DNA of 64,000 bases from Tubiluchus corallicola (lineage: Eukaryota; Animalia; Priapulida), in the NCBI GenBank assembly GCA_030141605.1, contig JAQGDQ010000132.1:472772-536771 (forward strand). The letters run 5' to 3'. Positions 1 to 13,800 of the stretch are shown here, in pieces. Position 1 is the stretch's first letter. The number at the start of each line of letters is the position of its first letter. The position numbers were made by a program, and so were the translations under genes. The notes under the pieces were generated by a model that searched no databases, was not told where the DNA came from, and saw nothing but the letters and a program-made list of their open reading frames with translations.

Positions 1-2729
1 CTTAAAGAAGAAAAAGCATTGTTAATTAAACTATGCCCCAAAAAACTTATGCCCCATACAAAATCATATTACTTAGCAATACATTTACCTGTTTGAACGA
101 CTTATGTAACTAGAAAACTAAACTCTTAATAATTTTTAAAAAATGTTCGCGCCAATTGATAAAATGTCACTGACTCACCTTCCCAGTGTACACAACTGAC
201 TCACCAGAAAACCTATTTTTAATCTTATTAACAAGATACAGTAATTTAAGGTTGTGCTTAGTTAATGAAGTCCGCGTTATCTTAATTACACAGGAATGCT
301 CTGATAATTTTTGCAAACTGTAGGCAGTGTTATTTAAGCTTGTTGAAAATGACATCGTCAAAATGGCTGAGCCTAAAGATCATCGCAGAAATTTAAATTT
401 ACAATTTTCTACAGCGGTACTACTAACTCCTGCCTTATATGCAATCAGAAAACATATAAGTAGTATAAAATTTCAAGAGGAATTTTTAAGCTTTATGTAA
501 GGAAGGGGTTTGTTGTCCTTTAACAACAAAATGCACAGTAATGTAGAGAATGTGTAGAAGGCTCTTAAAAGACAAAGATCTTGCCATCAACACCTTATTA
601 GCTAGCAATGATTTTCCGCTTATGTTCCAAAATTGTTCCTGATTTGCACTCAGTTTTTGCAACAATGGCGTCGAATTCGAATGACCTGACTTTGGTCAAT
701 CACGAACAGACGTGGTTTATGGAACAGGACATGCAATGACTTGAATTGAACTGCATTATATAGGCGTGCAAGGTGGGGAGTCGGGGGGGGGGGTGCAGCG
801 TTGCTAAGCATTTTCAGGACAAAAGCTCGTTATTTTCAGGGTGAATAATTCTGCTATAAAATTTGAAAATTTAAGATTTCAATATTCAAAAATTGCTTAC
901 GTAGGTACTGCATTACTTCTTTCTAGTGATTACAGTTAAAGTGCTTCTTGTACATCGAATTGTTTTAAACTTTTAAAATTTTAAAGTTAACAATAGTGCC
1001 CGCTATTAATTTTAGTTCTCATAAATTCTTTACACACTTTTTAAATACATGTCTATCATAGTAGTGAGTGAAAAGAACTTTAAAAACACATTGAAGACAA
1101 TATCATAATGATTAAAATATTAAAAAATATATTTTCATCTACTTGTGTTTAGACCTATAAGTATATAGGTCTGTAGAAGTATATAAGTATATAGACGTGA
1201 GCATTATAGACCTATAATTGTAAATATTTTTTCTATACAGTTTCGTCAGTCTATTCCCTACATAATTGTGCAGTCCGCTGTTTGCACTTATTTCGAAATC
1301 ACTCAAACGAAATCAAACAAAACGGCACCTTGGAAAATTTTCAGGGCACATTCCTTCTGCCCCTTTGTGAAACTTCCCATACGTCTTCGGTAGTACATGA
1401 ATAGCAGTTGCTTTAAGAATGATTGAGTTAGTGTATAGATTTCAGCAAGTGTAAATCTCCTTGCCGCTCAAACTCAATGAGTGTTTGCAAGCACTCTTGA
1501 GCAACAGCTTTAAAATTAAGTAATTTACTAACATGCAAGAATAACAGTGTTTTTTTGTGATTAACAGTTAGTAGACAGTTACAAATTTCAAAACCTAGAA
1601 CAAATTACAAAAAGCTACCTTGTGATACTCGGGAATCGTTCTATATAATGAATTGGATGCATAATGAAAACGCTAAAATTTAAAGCTGTACTTAGAAATT
1701 TGGCTAAAAGTGAATTTAATGAACAAATTTTATCCTTATATTAGACTTTTTAACTATTAGTACGTCTACAATTTAAATATTTATATAACCTATCATTTAT
1801 AATTATATTCGTTTCTTATTGTTAACTTGAATGTCTGGACTTAATTATCATTGTTTTATTAAGTGAAATCTAACAAATAATATTTTAATATTGTAAATTA
1901 CTATCAAGGAAATTGTACCACCCGTTATGTCAGTATGATTTACTTGAACGTGTAAAGTTAAATTCTTTTGTTAACTCTTTTAATGCATAGTAGACTATTG
2001 TAATTGCTATTTTGTAACTGCTATTTGATTTATTGTCTTGTTTTCTATATTTTTGCTGTAACTAACATCTTGGGCCTTTATGGAAACGATACTCGTATGT
2101 AACTATTTTAAAAGTGAGCAAGCAAAAATAAATTCTTACTTTAACTCTTACTGTAAATCTGAACTGATTCAGATCAAAATCCGCGAGCATGACCGCGTTT
2201 ATCACTTTATTGTGCCTTGTCCAGTGTGGATTATCTCCCGTCTAAAAGTTGCAGCTGATGTGACTAACCAGTGTGCACAGCGCTCGTGACTAATTGTCAT
2301 TGACTATGCCTGGTACGGTGCAGTTTAGGCTATTCCCAGCTATTTTAGCCATACCGCTCTCCAGGATACTACACCAGGTGTCGACCCTTGAAGTATAGTG
2401 ACTCTAGAGCCTAGATACTATAGTTCTGGGGTAATTCAATATTATGACTTGTGTTATAACTCGATGTCAAACAATTAATTCGCGGATTAAAAAAAAATGC
2501 ACATGTGGGTTACCTTAGACACGCGCTGCTCGCATACAAAAAACAACAGTAACTTCTTGGATTGTCATATCTACAGCATGCAGTGTGTCCAATGCTGTAT
2601 AATGCTTAATATGTGTAACTCAAAATGCTTTATATGTGTATCCTCAACTTATGCTGTCCTCCGATCTCGCTAACAACGACTTTGACATGGAATCACTGGA
2701 CTAACCGCCACTCCTCTTTTTCCTTTCAG

Positions 2730-5700
2730 TGAAGCAGGCAGACATTTTTGGACGTACGATCCATGTAACAATGCATGGAAACGCAAAGGAAATATGCCTG
2801 AAGCGCTCGCGTACCATGCAGTCACATCCCTAAACTCATGCATGTACGTCGCAGGTTAGTGAATGCACTTATAAATAAACTCTGAATCAGAGTTTGAACT
2901 GGTTCACAGTTTTAACGTTTAAAATTAGTACATTTAGTGACAGCATTACGCTTATCGGTGTGGCGCAATAATATGGGTACTGGCTAGATTAGACCTATGA
3001 ATTATGTCTACTTATATTGCTCAAATAATTATTATACAAAACATTACTTCCGTCCTTCATTAACCAAATTGGTTAAAACACTTTGACAAGAAGCGTAGAA
3101 TTATCAGCATTACAGCCTTTTGTGGAACTAGCCCGTTAAACACAACTAGTACCTATTGTCTATTAGCTAAATTGATAGTATTTTCAAATGAAATAGAGAA
3201 CGACTGTAAAATAAGCTTTTATTAAATTAGTTAGCTTACTAATAAATTCGTGGAGGTCGCTGTAAGCAGCGATTCAATTTATAACCTAATGAACTTATCA
3301 TGTCCTGTATCCAATGCCGTATTAGGGCATGGGCTTTATGGCCTGCAGCCAGCTGAGGGGCCTCCAGAAATTAAATGAAATTAATTTACCCTGAAAAGAT
3401 CACCACAGCACGAGAGTAGAAGTATGCTGAATTATCTGTTTAAAAAGAGCTCAATTAATTAATATACTGTAAATAATACACTGCAATTGTTTTCTTGTCT
3501 CAGTGATACATATTAAAAATCAGTCATTTATTTATTGTAATTTGTCCGTAATATATCTAATATTTCGAAGACGTATTTTTATTTTATAAATATCAGAATA
3601 TCTCTCCCTTTTTTGTTGTATTAGACTTGCTTTAGTAGAAGTTGAAAAAACTGATTTGATGAATCCAACATCCATGCATGTGTTAATTGTCTTAGGGAGT
3701 CGGATCCTCGAATTATCTGTAGCCTAGGGGCCTATAAAGTCAAAACACCCCTCAGTTCTGCTATTCATTCTCTTTATACGTTCATGCTTACAGTTAAGAT
3801 TAGTTGCAAATTCTTACTGAAAAGCTTGTAAAAATGATATAAAATTTTTAGGAGGCATTAGAATCATCAACGGACAGACGACAAATTTTGAACCGGTTCA
3901 AATGGCTTTCGAATACAACTCGATGACAGACACATGGCGAACAATTGCTCCCATGATATACCGTCGCATGCATCACGAACTGGTTCCATATAAGGACAAA
4001 ATTTACGCCATCGGCGGCCAGAATGAAAAGGGCAGGTGGGTAGGCCTAATAAGCCTTTTCACAGTTCCAGTGAATGATAATGCTCCTGAAAAAGTCAAAG
4101 ATTAAGTGTGCCAGATAACGAATTTGTCTACACTTAACAACGCCTCGCAGCCCATGTATTTTTATACTAACAGTTTTAACTGCTAGCTAGAACATTACCT
4201 AGTTCATTTTTTCTTATTCCCAAGCAACATTCTGTTAGTAAATCACTCTACATTGCACAGACTAATGCATAATTAAGTAAAGCACCATGTAAAATATCAA
4301 AGAAATGGCATGGCAACTGAACTTACTGAATTGATGGGACATACGGTTTTGCTTTATACACATGATGGTTGTAGTTAAGACGCGTTACTGGGGTACAGTT
4401 AACCTTTGACCTACAGCAACTGTGCATGCGCACAACGAAACTGTGAAAAGGCTTATTATACTAATATCATTCATTTTATTTACCCACACTAAATTTGTAA
4501 TCATACAGAAACTTGATGGTACCAGTGACGGCTCGTAGCTATTAGTGGAGGTGCGGCAAAATTAAAAAAATTTTAGGCATTGTTTTAATACTGTGTAAAA
4601 CGAAATAAACATATGTAATTATACTGTTGTAATTGTAATTTTAAACAAACAAATGAATTTCAACATGACCTTGATAAACTCCTAAACTATTGTTTTCTTA
4701 CATTAAACTAAAAAATATTGTTTTCTTACGAATAGCCTAAATTGTCGCAGTTCGAGAATATGCCGATACACGGCTTTTAAACACGTGACATCTGACAACA
4801 CGTGCTGCATTGAGCGACAGTACTCTTTCAACTTAAAATACAGCGTCTTATCTCAGACATGTGCACATGGCCGCATGTGCGGACAGCAGCCAAACACCGC
4901 ATTGCTTGGGCTGTGAAGCAAATTGTACTTCCCTCAGGTGCTCCGGTTCCACACAAGTATAAAGAATGAACGAAAGAAAAAAGATTATTCTGTTGAATAT
5001 TATCAATAATATTGAGTGAAAACAGGGGGTGCTGCAGTACCACAGGGCCTATACACGAGCCACAACTGGATGGCACTAATACAGAATTAATTGAATTTGG
5101 AAGCCAAACTTTTAAAAACAGGAAAGTGAAAATGTTAGAACGCAGCCTGGCCTTGAACCAGGAACGGTCTACTGACTCCACTTACATGACAGTTGTCATA
5201 ACCACAAGAGTACTGCATTCCCTTGCGATCATACTTTATCCTTTATAGTTAGCAACAAGTTTCAGCATTTCCAAAGTAGGCTGCTCACACCACAGTGATT
5301 CTAATTAGACTGATTTAATTCTGATTATTTTTGAGCCTGAATTTTGCTTTGCTTTCTAACAAAATGGCTCTTTGTAAAACACTCAGGTCGACAGGCTGAT
5401 ATCTCTTTTGCTTTCTTCGACACTGAGAAGACAGAACTGTTAAACTGTAACTGCACAACAATATTTGAATTTTATTGTCTTTATGCAGATTTTTCCATTT
5501 ATGACAGAACTGCTTTGCATTTTTTTTGTAAATTCAAAAGATCTATTTAAAATGTCTAATATTCAATTATGTAACGTGTAATTTATATTAAACATTGTCA
5601 CGGTATCTTTATTTTTTTACTTTCAATTTCAACTTTAAATTTGCGGCTAAAATTTACAATTTCTCACACACAAGAAATTAGTTCGTGAAGCGGATTAGGA

Positions 5701-8408
5701 TGAGAATTAGGATTAGGTTAGGGTTAGGGTAGGATATTTAAATTGTGTGGGGGAATAGTAAACCCCTTCGAAATTTTCATTTCTAGAATGGTAGCGCCGG
5801 TGGAACACTTCAGCCCAGCAACCAATTCCTGGGAAGAGATTACTGACCTACCCAACCCGCGGATCGGTATCGCAGCTGCTGTTTACAGGGGGAAGATTTA
5901 TTGTGTGGGTGGGTTAGGCGAGCCTCTCCCTAATGGGACCGTGCCAATTCTGTCTCACGTGGAGGCACTGAATCCGCTAATAAACAGGTAAAGTTGTGAA
6001 TCTGTTTGACTTGCCCCAAAATTATGTGTAAGAACAATTGAATGTTTCAAATTAAGTCATACATTAGCTACTTACTAACTAACTAACTAATTCACTCACT
6101 CAATCACTCACTTACCTACTTTCCAGCCTACATACTTACTAACTAAATTACTTACTTGCTTGCTTGCTTACTTACTTACTTACTTACTTAAAAATTGCTT
6201 ACTTGCTTAATTATACTTGCTTTGTTGTTGTTTGTTTGCTTGCTTACTTATTCTTTCTTGCTTATTCCCTCACTGCCCTTTCTTCTGCACTACTAATGAT
6301 GACGTCTACCTCATTTGTAATTGTTGATTTGTTGCATTATGTGCTTGAGAGAAGAAAAATATATTGTCTATGTTTACATGTTGGTTCCTTACTTTGCTGA
6401 CCTATTGTAATGGTTTTAGCTTATAACATCGCAGCGCCATCTAGTGTGAAGTTCATCTGTATCACTTCAAATGAATCTACTAATCTTGAATATATAGCTC
6501 AGCTTTTCTGCTGGCCATCCTTCCAAAATTATTTTGAGTTAATTCAATTAGTTGAGCCTGGCACCGGGTTAACCTGGTTGGGTTAGCAATAATTCAGGCG
6601 CGCCATTGGTTAAAATGAGCCCAGCAATACAGCAACTTAACTTCTGTACAGGTCGCTGTAATCAAGTTGCTGCAGTCAGTACGTAATTTGAAATATTTCT
6701 CAACCTAGAAACGGGGAAAACAAATTCTTAAAATAAAAATGACAGCCAGCGCTAACTTAAGAAAAGACATACATGCCTTTTACTCTGACGCAACATCTGC
6801 AACGTTTCGACTCAGTTAACGTCATGTTCACACTACAATCACCTAATTAGAATACAGTGCGAAAAATATACAAAAATCCACACTGTGAAAAGTTCGTTAG
6901 TGAAAAATTCAAGCATTAAGTTACTAAGCTATCTTTTGGATTTGTATAACCCGATATCTAAATTTACTATTTTTTTATTTGTCTTGTTTGTTCATCACAG
7001 TGTCGATTATTGTATATATTTTTACATTGTGTTTTTATTTAGGTGATTGTTGTGTGAACATGACATTAACTGTATCGAAACGTTGCAGATGTTGTTTCTG
7101 CATAAAAGCCATGTCTTCTCTTAAGTGGGGGCTGGCTGTCATTTTTATTTTCATTTCTTACTCTTTGTGCACAAACAGTATACAATTGAAGTGTGAATCT
7201 AATATTGGATATAAAAAAACTGTAGACCAATGTTGTTATAAAACTCTTGATTACTGATTGTTTAGGTGGGAAGTTATGAAACCGTTAGACACATGTAGAT
7301 GTTGGGCTTCATTATGCGAAGCTGAAGGTAACTTGTACTTAGTAGGTGGATCCTCCAAAGTATGTGGTGACAAACCAGCTGCTGTGGATAATCTGGACAC
7401 TATTGACATCTACAAAGAACTGGAGGATCGTTGGGAGTATAAAACTTCAATGTCTCGTGCTAGATGGCGCAGCTTAGCAAAAAGTATAGGCAAGTGTTCT
7501 TAGCTGATTTTGTTGTTTGAGGCTTTGGCTACTAGGAAATGATACTCACTTAAAATGTTTTGTAGTGCCTTTGCATCTGAGTAAGTGTGGGCTCTGGTGA
7601 TGTTTAATAAACCTTTTCGCAGTTCCAACTGTTGTTCCATGCATTTGTCCTCACTTGACAACGCCTCGCACTCCATGCTGTTGTAATAGTAACAGTTCTG
7701 ACATGTTTTAACAGCTAGCTAGAATCTTACCTACTTCATTTTTCTTGTTGCTAAGCAAGATCCTAAGTAAATCACTCTACGAATAGACTAATGCATAATT
7801 AAGCAAAGTCCACGTAAAACACCTGAAGTATCTAAACTGATGTGGCAAATGGCTTTGCCTTACACACGCTAGATGATGGCTGTAGTTAAGATGCGTTACT
7901 GTGGTACACTTAACCTTTGACTTACAGCAACTGCTTATTGTGAGCACATCAGTAAAACATTTGGATTGTGGAACTGCCTTTCTGTCCACGTAACACTTCT
8001 GAAGTTACTGAACTGATGTGGCAGACGCTGATCTGATGCTTTAATGGAGTGTATTCACATTCATTTATCATGCCTGGTAACATTCATAATTAATGTATTG
8101 CGAATTTTAAATGTCAAACTAATTTTTATTAATTAGTATGTAGGCACTACTGCAACGCCATCTATGCATCAGAAACGACCTATAATGTAGATAAAAAAAG
8201 CTTTAATATAAAGCATTTTTGTGCAGATGACCGTATATTCGTGTTTGGAGGCACAGCACAGGAGGCCAGCAACACAATCGAACTGGACGTGGAATGTTAT
8301 GACGTGGAGACGGATAATTGGCTAAAAGATGTTGCTCGCCTCCCGGAACCGGCCATAGGAATGAAGGCATGCATGCACAGGGTCCAACCGAACCAGCCAG
8401 TCAAATAA
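2730..8408 (+). CDS. Kelch-repeat (KLHL-like) protein, 3' exons; 5' part not identified in the window
   Basis: Phase-compatible exons 2730-2854, 3852-4035, 5787-5987, 7266-7489 and 8227-8408 (TAA). They encode successive Kelch blades: FWTYDPCNNAW..AYHAVTSLNSCMYVAGG, RMHHELVPYKDKIYAIGG, RIGIAAAVYRGKIYCVGG, RCWASLCEAEGNLYLVGG, RWRSLAKSIDDRIFVFGG..VECYDVETDNW. The first exon seen begins at an acceptor (branch-like CTAAC at 2701, pyrimidine tract, CAG). Confidence 0.9.
4048..4457. mobile_element. Non-autonomous DNA transposon (MITE) with ~19-bp TIRs
   Basis: AATAAGCCTTTTCACAGTT at 4048 and its reverse complement AACTGTGAAAAGGCTTATT ending at 4457. The interior is repeated in diverged form at ~7606-7960. 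Confidence 0.8.
4975..5222 (-). mobile_element. Probable tRNA-derived SINE
   Basis: The minus strand begins with an A-box-like TACTCTTGTGG and a B-box-like hairpin CCTGGTTCAAGGCCAGG, followed by a short body and a T-rich tail. Confidence 0.45.
6068..6260. repeat. Degenerate tetranucleotide microsatellite (TAAC/CACT/TTAC/TTGC)n
   Basis: Direct inspection; explains the spurious ORF 6164-6400. Confidence 0.8.
6731..7151. mobile_element. Foldback element with ~160-bp inverted arms, Penelope-like
   Basis: 6731-6888 is the diverged reverse complement of 6995-7151. The arms contain TGAACATGAC..TCGAAACGTTGCAG. A related copy lies at 16751-17045. Confidence 0.7.
7606..7960. mobile_element. Second, diverged and truncated copy of the 4048-4457 MITE
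   Basis: Starts AATAAACCTTTTCGCAGTTCC and shares ACAACGCCTCGCA, GCTAGCTAGAA, AGTAAATCACTCTAC, AGACTAATGCATAATTAAG and GTAGTTAAGA..GCGTTACTG with the first copy. Confidence 0.75.
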
Positions 8409-9314
8409 TGTACAACCTGTCGATTTTCCAACAGCATCTGATGTGCAAAACCATATTGTCATGTCCTGCATCTTCGAACAAAAACTGCCAATCAAAGACT
8501 TTGTAAAATTGTTATTGTAGAAAAGTATTAATTTTTGAGTTAAGGGTATAAAATAACCGTTGTAATGTACTTTTCAAATATGAACAGTCTCATCAGTTAT
8601 CTTACATATGAAAAAATACTGAACAACAGTGAAAAAACAAAAGCTAAGAAAGCAGTTGTTAACCATAAATAAAATTTTAACACTTTATTTCTGTTAAAAA
8701 TCCATAACATTAATGGAAAATTTTCTTAGCGTCAATTTCAAAACATAAACGTCTATGTCATACCTAATCTTGCTCAAAAAACACTACTACATAACACGTG
8801 AATACACTTTCAATCTTAACTCAATTTAATAGCAATTAAAAATGCTACACTAAAAGTTGGGAAACATAGTATGCAAAAATATACAAAAACACCTTTTCAC
8901 TGCACAAATGATACGTGTATATCAAATTTACGATAATGGTTTTAAATATTTGGAATGTGTACACCGAGAGACGTAGGTATAAAAATCTAGTAGAAAAATA
9001 CAATGATAAAATATAACGCATAGCTATGAAAAAATACATTTTATGTAATTTAAACACAAAAGTCAATAAGTACGACAATAATACTAAACTATAGTTTGGT
9101 TTGCCTCTTTTTGGTACTCAAAATTTTTGGTCACACTTGCCTAATAATCAGCCTAATTATTCAAAAACATCACAATTTCTAACAATTCTAAACTACAAAA
9201 ATTTACAAATATTTAAGACTTTTACATTCAAGTTGATCAATATTTTTCATAATTAATACAGATTTTGAAGTAAACATTATGGTACCAGTACTATAAAAGG
9301 TTTAATATCGCAAT

Positions 9315-9488
9315 GCTGAAACTAAGTCTTAAAACACAAAACTCTACAAAAAGCACCATTTACATGACTACAAAAAATCTCCTATTTACCGTTTGCTCAC
9401 AAAGCTGAACTTAAGTCTTACAATACAAAACTCTACAAAAAGCACCATTTACATGACTACGAAAAATCTCTCATTTACCGTTTGCTCT
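9315..9488. repeat. ~90-bp tandem duplication
   Basis: Two near-identical copies of TAAGTCTTA..AACTCTACAAAAAGCACCATTTACATGACTAC..TTTACCGTTTGCTC. Confidence 0.9.
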
Positions 9489-10848
9489 TTAGATAAATTA
9501 AGAATACCCTGACTAGCAAATTAACTATCTGATAATATAGCTCATAAATTTATTACTCACCTACTGCTGTACATAATTACAAGACGCATAGGTGAACGTT
9601 TTTATGAAACCTTGAGGCACAAACTGCACGTAACACAGGACAACTCTAATAAACAATAACTACTACTACTACTATCTAAAATGCAACATTGTCTACAGGC
9701 AAGTGAGAAATAGTGTACAATAAAGCTAAGTTGAAAAAACTGAAATAATTCTGTAACGTACAAGTCAGGTAATCAAATTTATTCGAACGTTCGATTCAAA
9801 TTGGCATTAAAAATGTTCAATTCGATTTAACTACATCTCCAAATTCGAAAAATTTGTGCAATTGTCGCCGCGTCATGTTCGTAAGAAAACCACATTGTTA
9901 TTACGCATCAGACAATGTTATCATGGGCCACGATTGCGAACGTCTGAATTTGTTTTTTAAAGGAAAAAAGCGTGAGTGTATCTGATAACCCTTGACAAAA
10001 TTTCATAATCTGGGGCTCGCTTCAAAGCTAAAAATTGGCAAAAAACACCTTTAAATTTGGAAATTTTTGAAACTGAATATTTGCAAGTAGTAATGCAAGT
10101 TATTGCAATAAAAAAACAAAAGGCTAGTCAGTTAGCAGTAGGTCCAATTTAAAACTTCACGCTAATTTGAAACTATAAAAATACTACCGTTATTTCAACT
10201 TTTAGTCAGTACGATTTGATTTTATTCAAACTAGTTAGTAACAGTACAAATTACAAATCCTTGTTAACAATTTCTTACTCAATTGATGCAAAAGTTGATT
10301 ACCTGATTTGAAAAATTTCGAATTTGAAATTTTCCATTCGACAGCCAACGTTAGCGACCATATATTGCAATGTTGTGGAGACACACGTGGTATGGCCTGC
10401 CCAATATCTGTAACATGCTACAATCGATGATGAAAAAGCCATTGAATAATAATTGTAACAAAGCTGAGAGACTTTCAAGGTTTCATAACAAAATACATGC
10501 GGTTTTAGCTTTGCCAGTCTGATGACACCACAAACATGGAATATGTTGACTAGAACTGTCAGTATACTTTCTGGTTTGTTACAATTTTTTGGTGACACAA
10601 AAAAATCACTAAGGTAAGTTACCATCAGGAAACGAACGCACATTGATCTAAACTTAAGCCTGTAACTACCTGAATAAGAATATAATTTACATGCAGCTAA
10701 CGATAAAGAAAAAGGCAAACAAAAGAATTTATATCTAAAATAAAAAAGCACTTAGTACAAACTTAAAAATGGAATATTTCAAATAAAAACACTACAAAAG
10801 TTAATTTAGAAATAATTCTTTTACCAGAACTGGTAAAAGCATAAAATA

Positions 10849-13800
10849 TCAGCAAGTTGTTTCTTTGATGACAAGGTCCTCACATTCAGAAATACTTAAT
10901 CTACTCCTGTCACTTGATTTATCCGACCCATCATTAGCAGCTACATTGCTCTCATCTATTGCTCTCATTCTGCTCTTCAGTTCTAAAAGGCAAGGCAAAT
11001 CTTCTGGTCTGTATTCATGATGTGCTGCTGGTATGTGATGAGACAGACCAAGTCTATCGTTTGGATGATAAAATTCAACGTGTGTGGCAGCACTTTCACT
11101 CGTGCTCCTTTGTCGCTTAGCGACAGCACCAGATACGGAGAGCCTGGGCTTTGCTGATGCTTTGTCGCTGTCTGACGCTATTTTCGACCACATCTTTCCC
11201 GCTAACGTGTCGCTCAAGGAACGCTTCAGGCCGCTTTTGCTAGACTGTTTACGTTCCACACTAAGTGAATGTCTTCGAGACTCATCCGATTCACTAGGTG
11301 ATAAAACTTCAACGACAGTCAGTACAACTTCTTCCCCGACAGGTGAACCCCCATCTCCTGATAAAGGAATCCGTATGTTCTCCTGTCGTACAACGTGACC
11401 TACCGTCTCCTTTGAGATACTCAGTTTCTTTTTGATATCCTGTAAAATAATTCATATTTAGCAAATATATATTAAATAGGAATCAGAGACACACAAACAA
11501 TTAGTATTATGCTCGAGCATTATATTGTAGTGGGATGATAGTTAATGCTAGGGGATGGTAGCAGATCGGTTTCAAATGCAGGCAGTTCGGACAACAAGAG
11601 ATCCTGATTCAATAATGAAAATTCTGCGTTCATGTATTCCAGCCTGTGTTCTGTAGAAAAGTGAACATTGATACAGATAAATTAATGTTAAAAGACCTGC
11701 CAGTAACTTATCTTGCATCTTATTTATCCATACCAGTTGGGCTGTAGAACAGGTGCTTATATTGTACATGCATCCATCCACCTACTACCTATTGAATCAA
11801 CAAGGCTATTCCATATCAGAAATTTTAAACTGTTATACAATGCTGATATGCAATGGCTTCATAATGGATCGAACCATCACAACATGGAGGTAAGGGGTGA
11901 AAATAAATGACTTTTCGCCGTCGAAACAATATTATCGGGTGCCACTGCCTCAAGCAACTAAACTCAGCAAGTGAAGATTTCAGATAAGTTAGTGAGTAAG
12001 CTTTGAACCTGAATAGATCATAGAGTACATATCAAGATGTAGAATTTTGCTACTACCAAGCAATGGTTCAAATTTTAAAATTAAGTATAATCCTTAAAAA
12101 TGTAATAACTTTGGGCTGTTGAATCACAATACTACAATTTGGTTGCTGATTTTGAAATAGTAAATCGCCCAAGTAACGACAGCAGCAACATCTTTTCACA
12201 TGTGAATCAAACAAGATTTCAAATTCAATTCATCCAAATATTTCCTGAACAAAATTCTTTTGACAAATGCAAATATTGCAGTACCCAAACATGACAAGCA
12301 AATCTGCAAAACCTGCACACTGTGAAAGGTTTTCACTTAGTCAACATGGGTAACATTTCTTTAATGGTAAATTGTAGATTAAATGGTACATTATCATGTA
12401 CACAGTCAAGTGATTAAGCTAGTACCTTCTACAGTCTTGAATTACATATCATCTAATAATTGACTCTCATTTATTATAGATATTTATAACAAATGAACTT
12501 AATAACAGGAGCCAACTAAAACATAAAAAACAATTTTTATTAACTTCCCAACCTTAACTTTATCATTAACATTAGTTCTTCTTTTTATGCAATTATACAA
12601 AAGGCAATAGCTGTCAAATTGCGGAAGTGCCAATGAGTGAGACCACAGCCAAAACAGCTAGGGGGCATGAGGAAGCGATGTAAGCTTTCTCCTGAATTTT
12701 AAAGGTTGATAGAGAAGCTTTTGGCAAGCAAAAGTCAAGGAATTTTTACTTAAACTTGGCTACTTATTGATAATTTAGCAACATTTTGTGTTATAAAAAT
12801 GAAATATTTAAACTCGTATCTTATCCTTTAATCAATAATAGCCGTAATTTTTTTCGATGCCAACATGTTTCAATTATTCAATGATGGCTTATTGAATAGC
12901 AAAGATGAGATGAATGGCATGCATTTTCGTGTAATTTCCAAGGCGTGTAAGATCTGTTTAAAAATCGGTAAAACAAGATTCAGGGCCCAAAAGCAGTCCA
13001 CGATAAAAATGTGAATCACGGTTCACAAACAACATAATAGGCTAAAATTGCAGCATCGTCACCAGTGTTGTAAGGTAACAATCGTTCTGTAAAACCTTGT
13101 TATGTACATTTATGTTATTATAGTTCTTAGTGACTGGGGCATGGAGAATAAATGCTTTTCCTCCAAGTAGCCGTTTTGAGTTAGTCACCACAGAAAGTTG
13201 AAAGTAAGTAAAAACAAACGTGTTGCGCGATGTTAAATAAATGAGAAAGCCAATTTTTTCTTAATTATTGACAAAAGCTAAAAATGCGTGAATTCATCAC
13301 GGTTGTAGATGAGAACATGAATTCAAGGTCAACTGCAGGAGTCTCACACACAATGTGTGACACACGATAAGTCTGTTAATAATAATAAATTAATTTACAT
13401 GAATTAAACAATTTCAACAATCTATCTAAGAAAACATTACATACCTTTAGTGTGTCGTACGGAGGTGGTATATCAGCACCTGGGCACACTCCAGTTGTCG
13501 CCGGTTCTTCTATGCCAGACAGGTTCCGAGGAAGGTGGACATGAGACTTCACCTGACCAATTGGCCAGTGTCTGTTCGGAACCTGAATAATGGTCACTCG
13601 TGTGTCAAGGCAATAAATGATTTTAAAATGTCACAAAGATGCAAAATTGGGGTTATTTTAGTTATGTTTTTCAATCTACACATATGCACATATCCACTCA
13701 GCTATGAAGTGCACCACCTATTCACGTTTTCAAAGCGAGTTTCACAATTATTGCATTGCTTTGCCTCAAATAGTTAGTGAAAAAAATCTTATCTGTCACT

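Noticed and set aside
5692-5733. Interstitial telomere (TTAGGG)
   Set aside because: Only two perfect units in a degenerate stretch; such motifs are common inside invertebrate non-autonomous elements.
11084-11398. Antisense ORFs over coding exons (also 36241-36732 and 43974-44504)
   Set aside because: They are shadows of real exons on the opposite strand, with no independent motifs.
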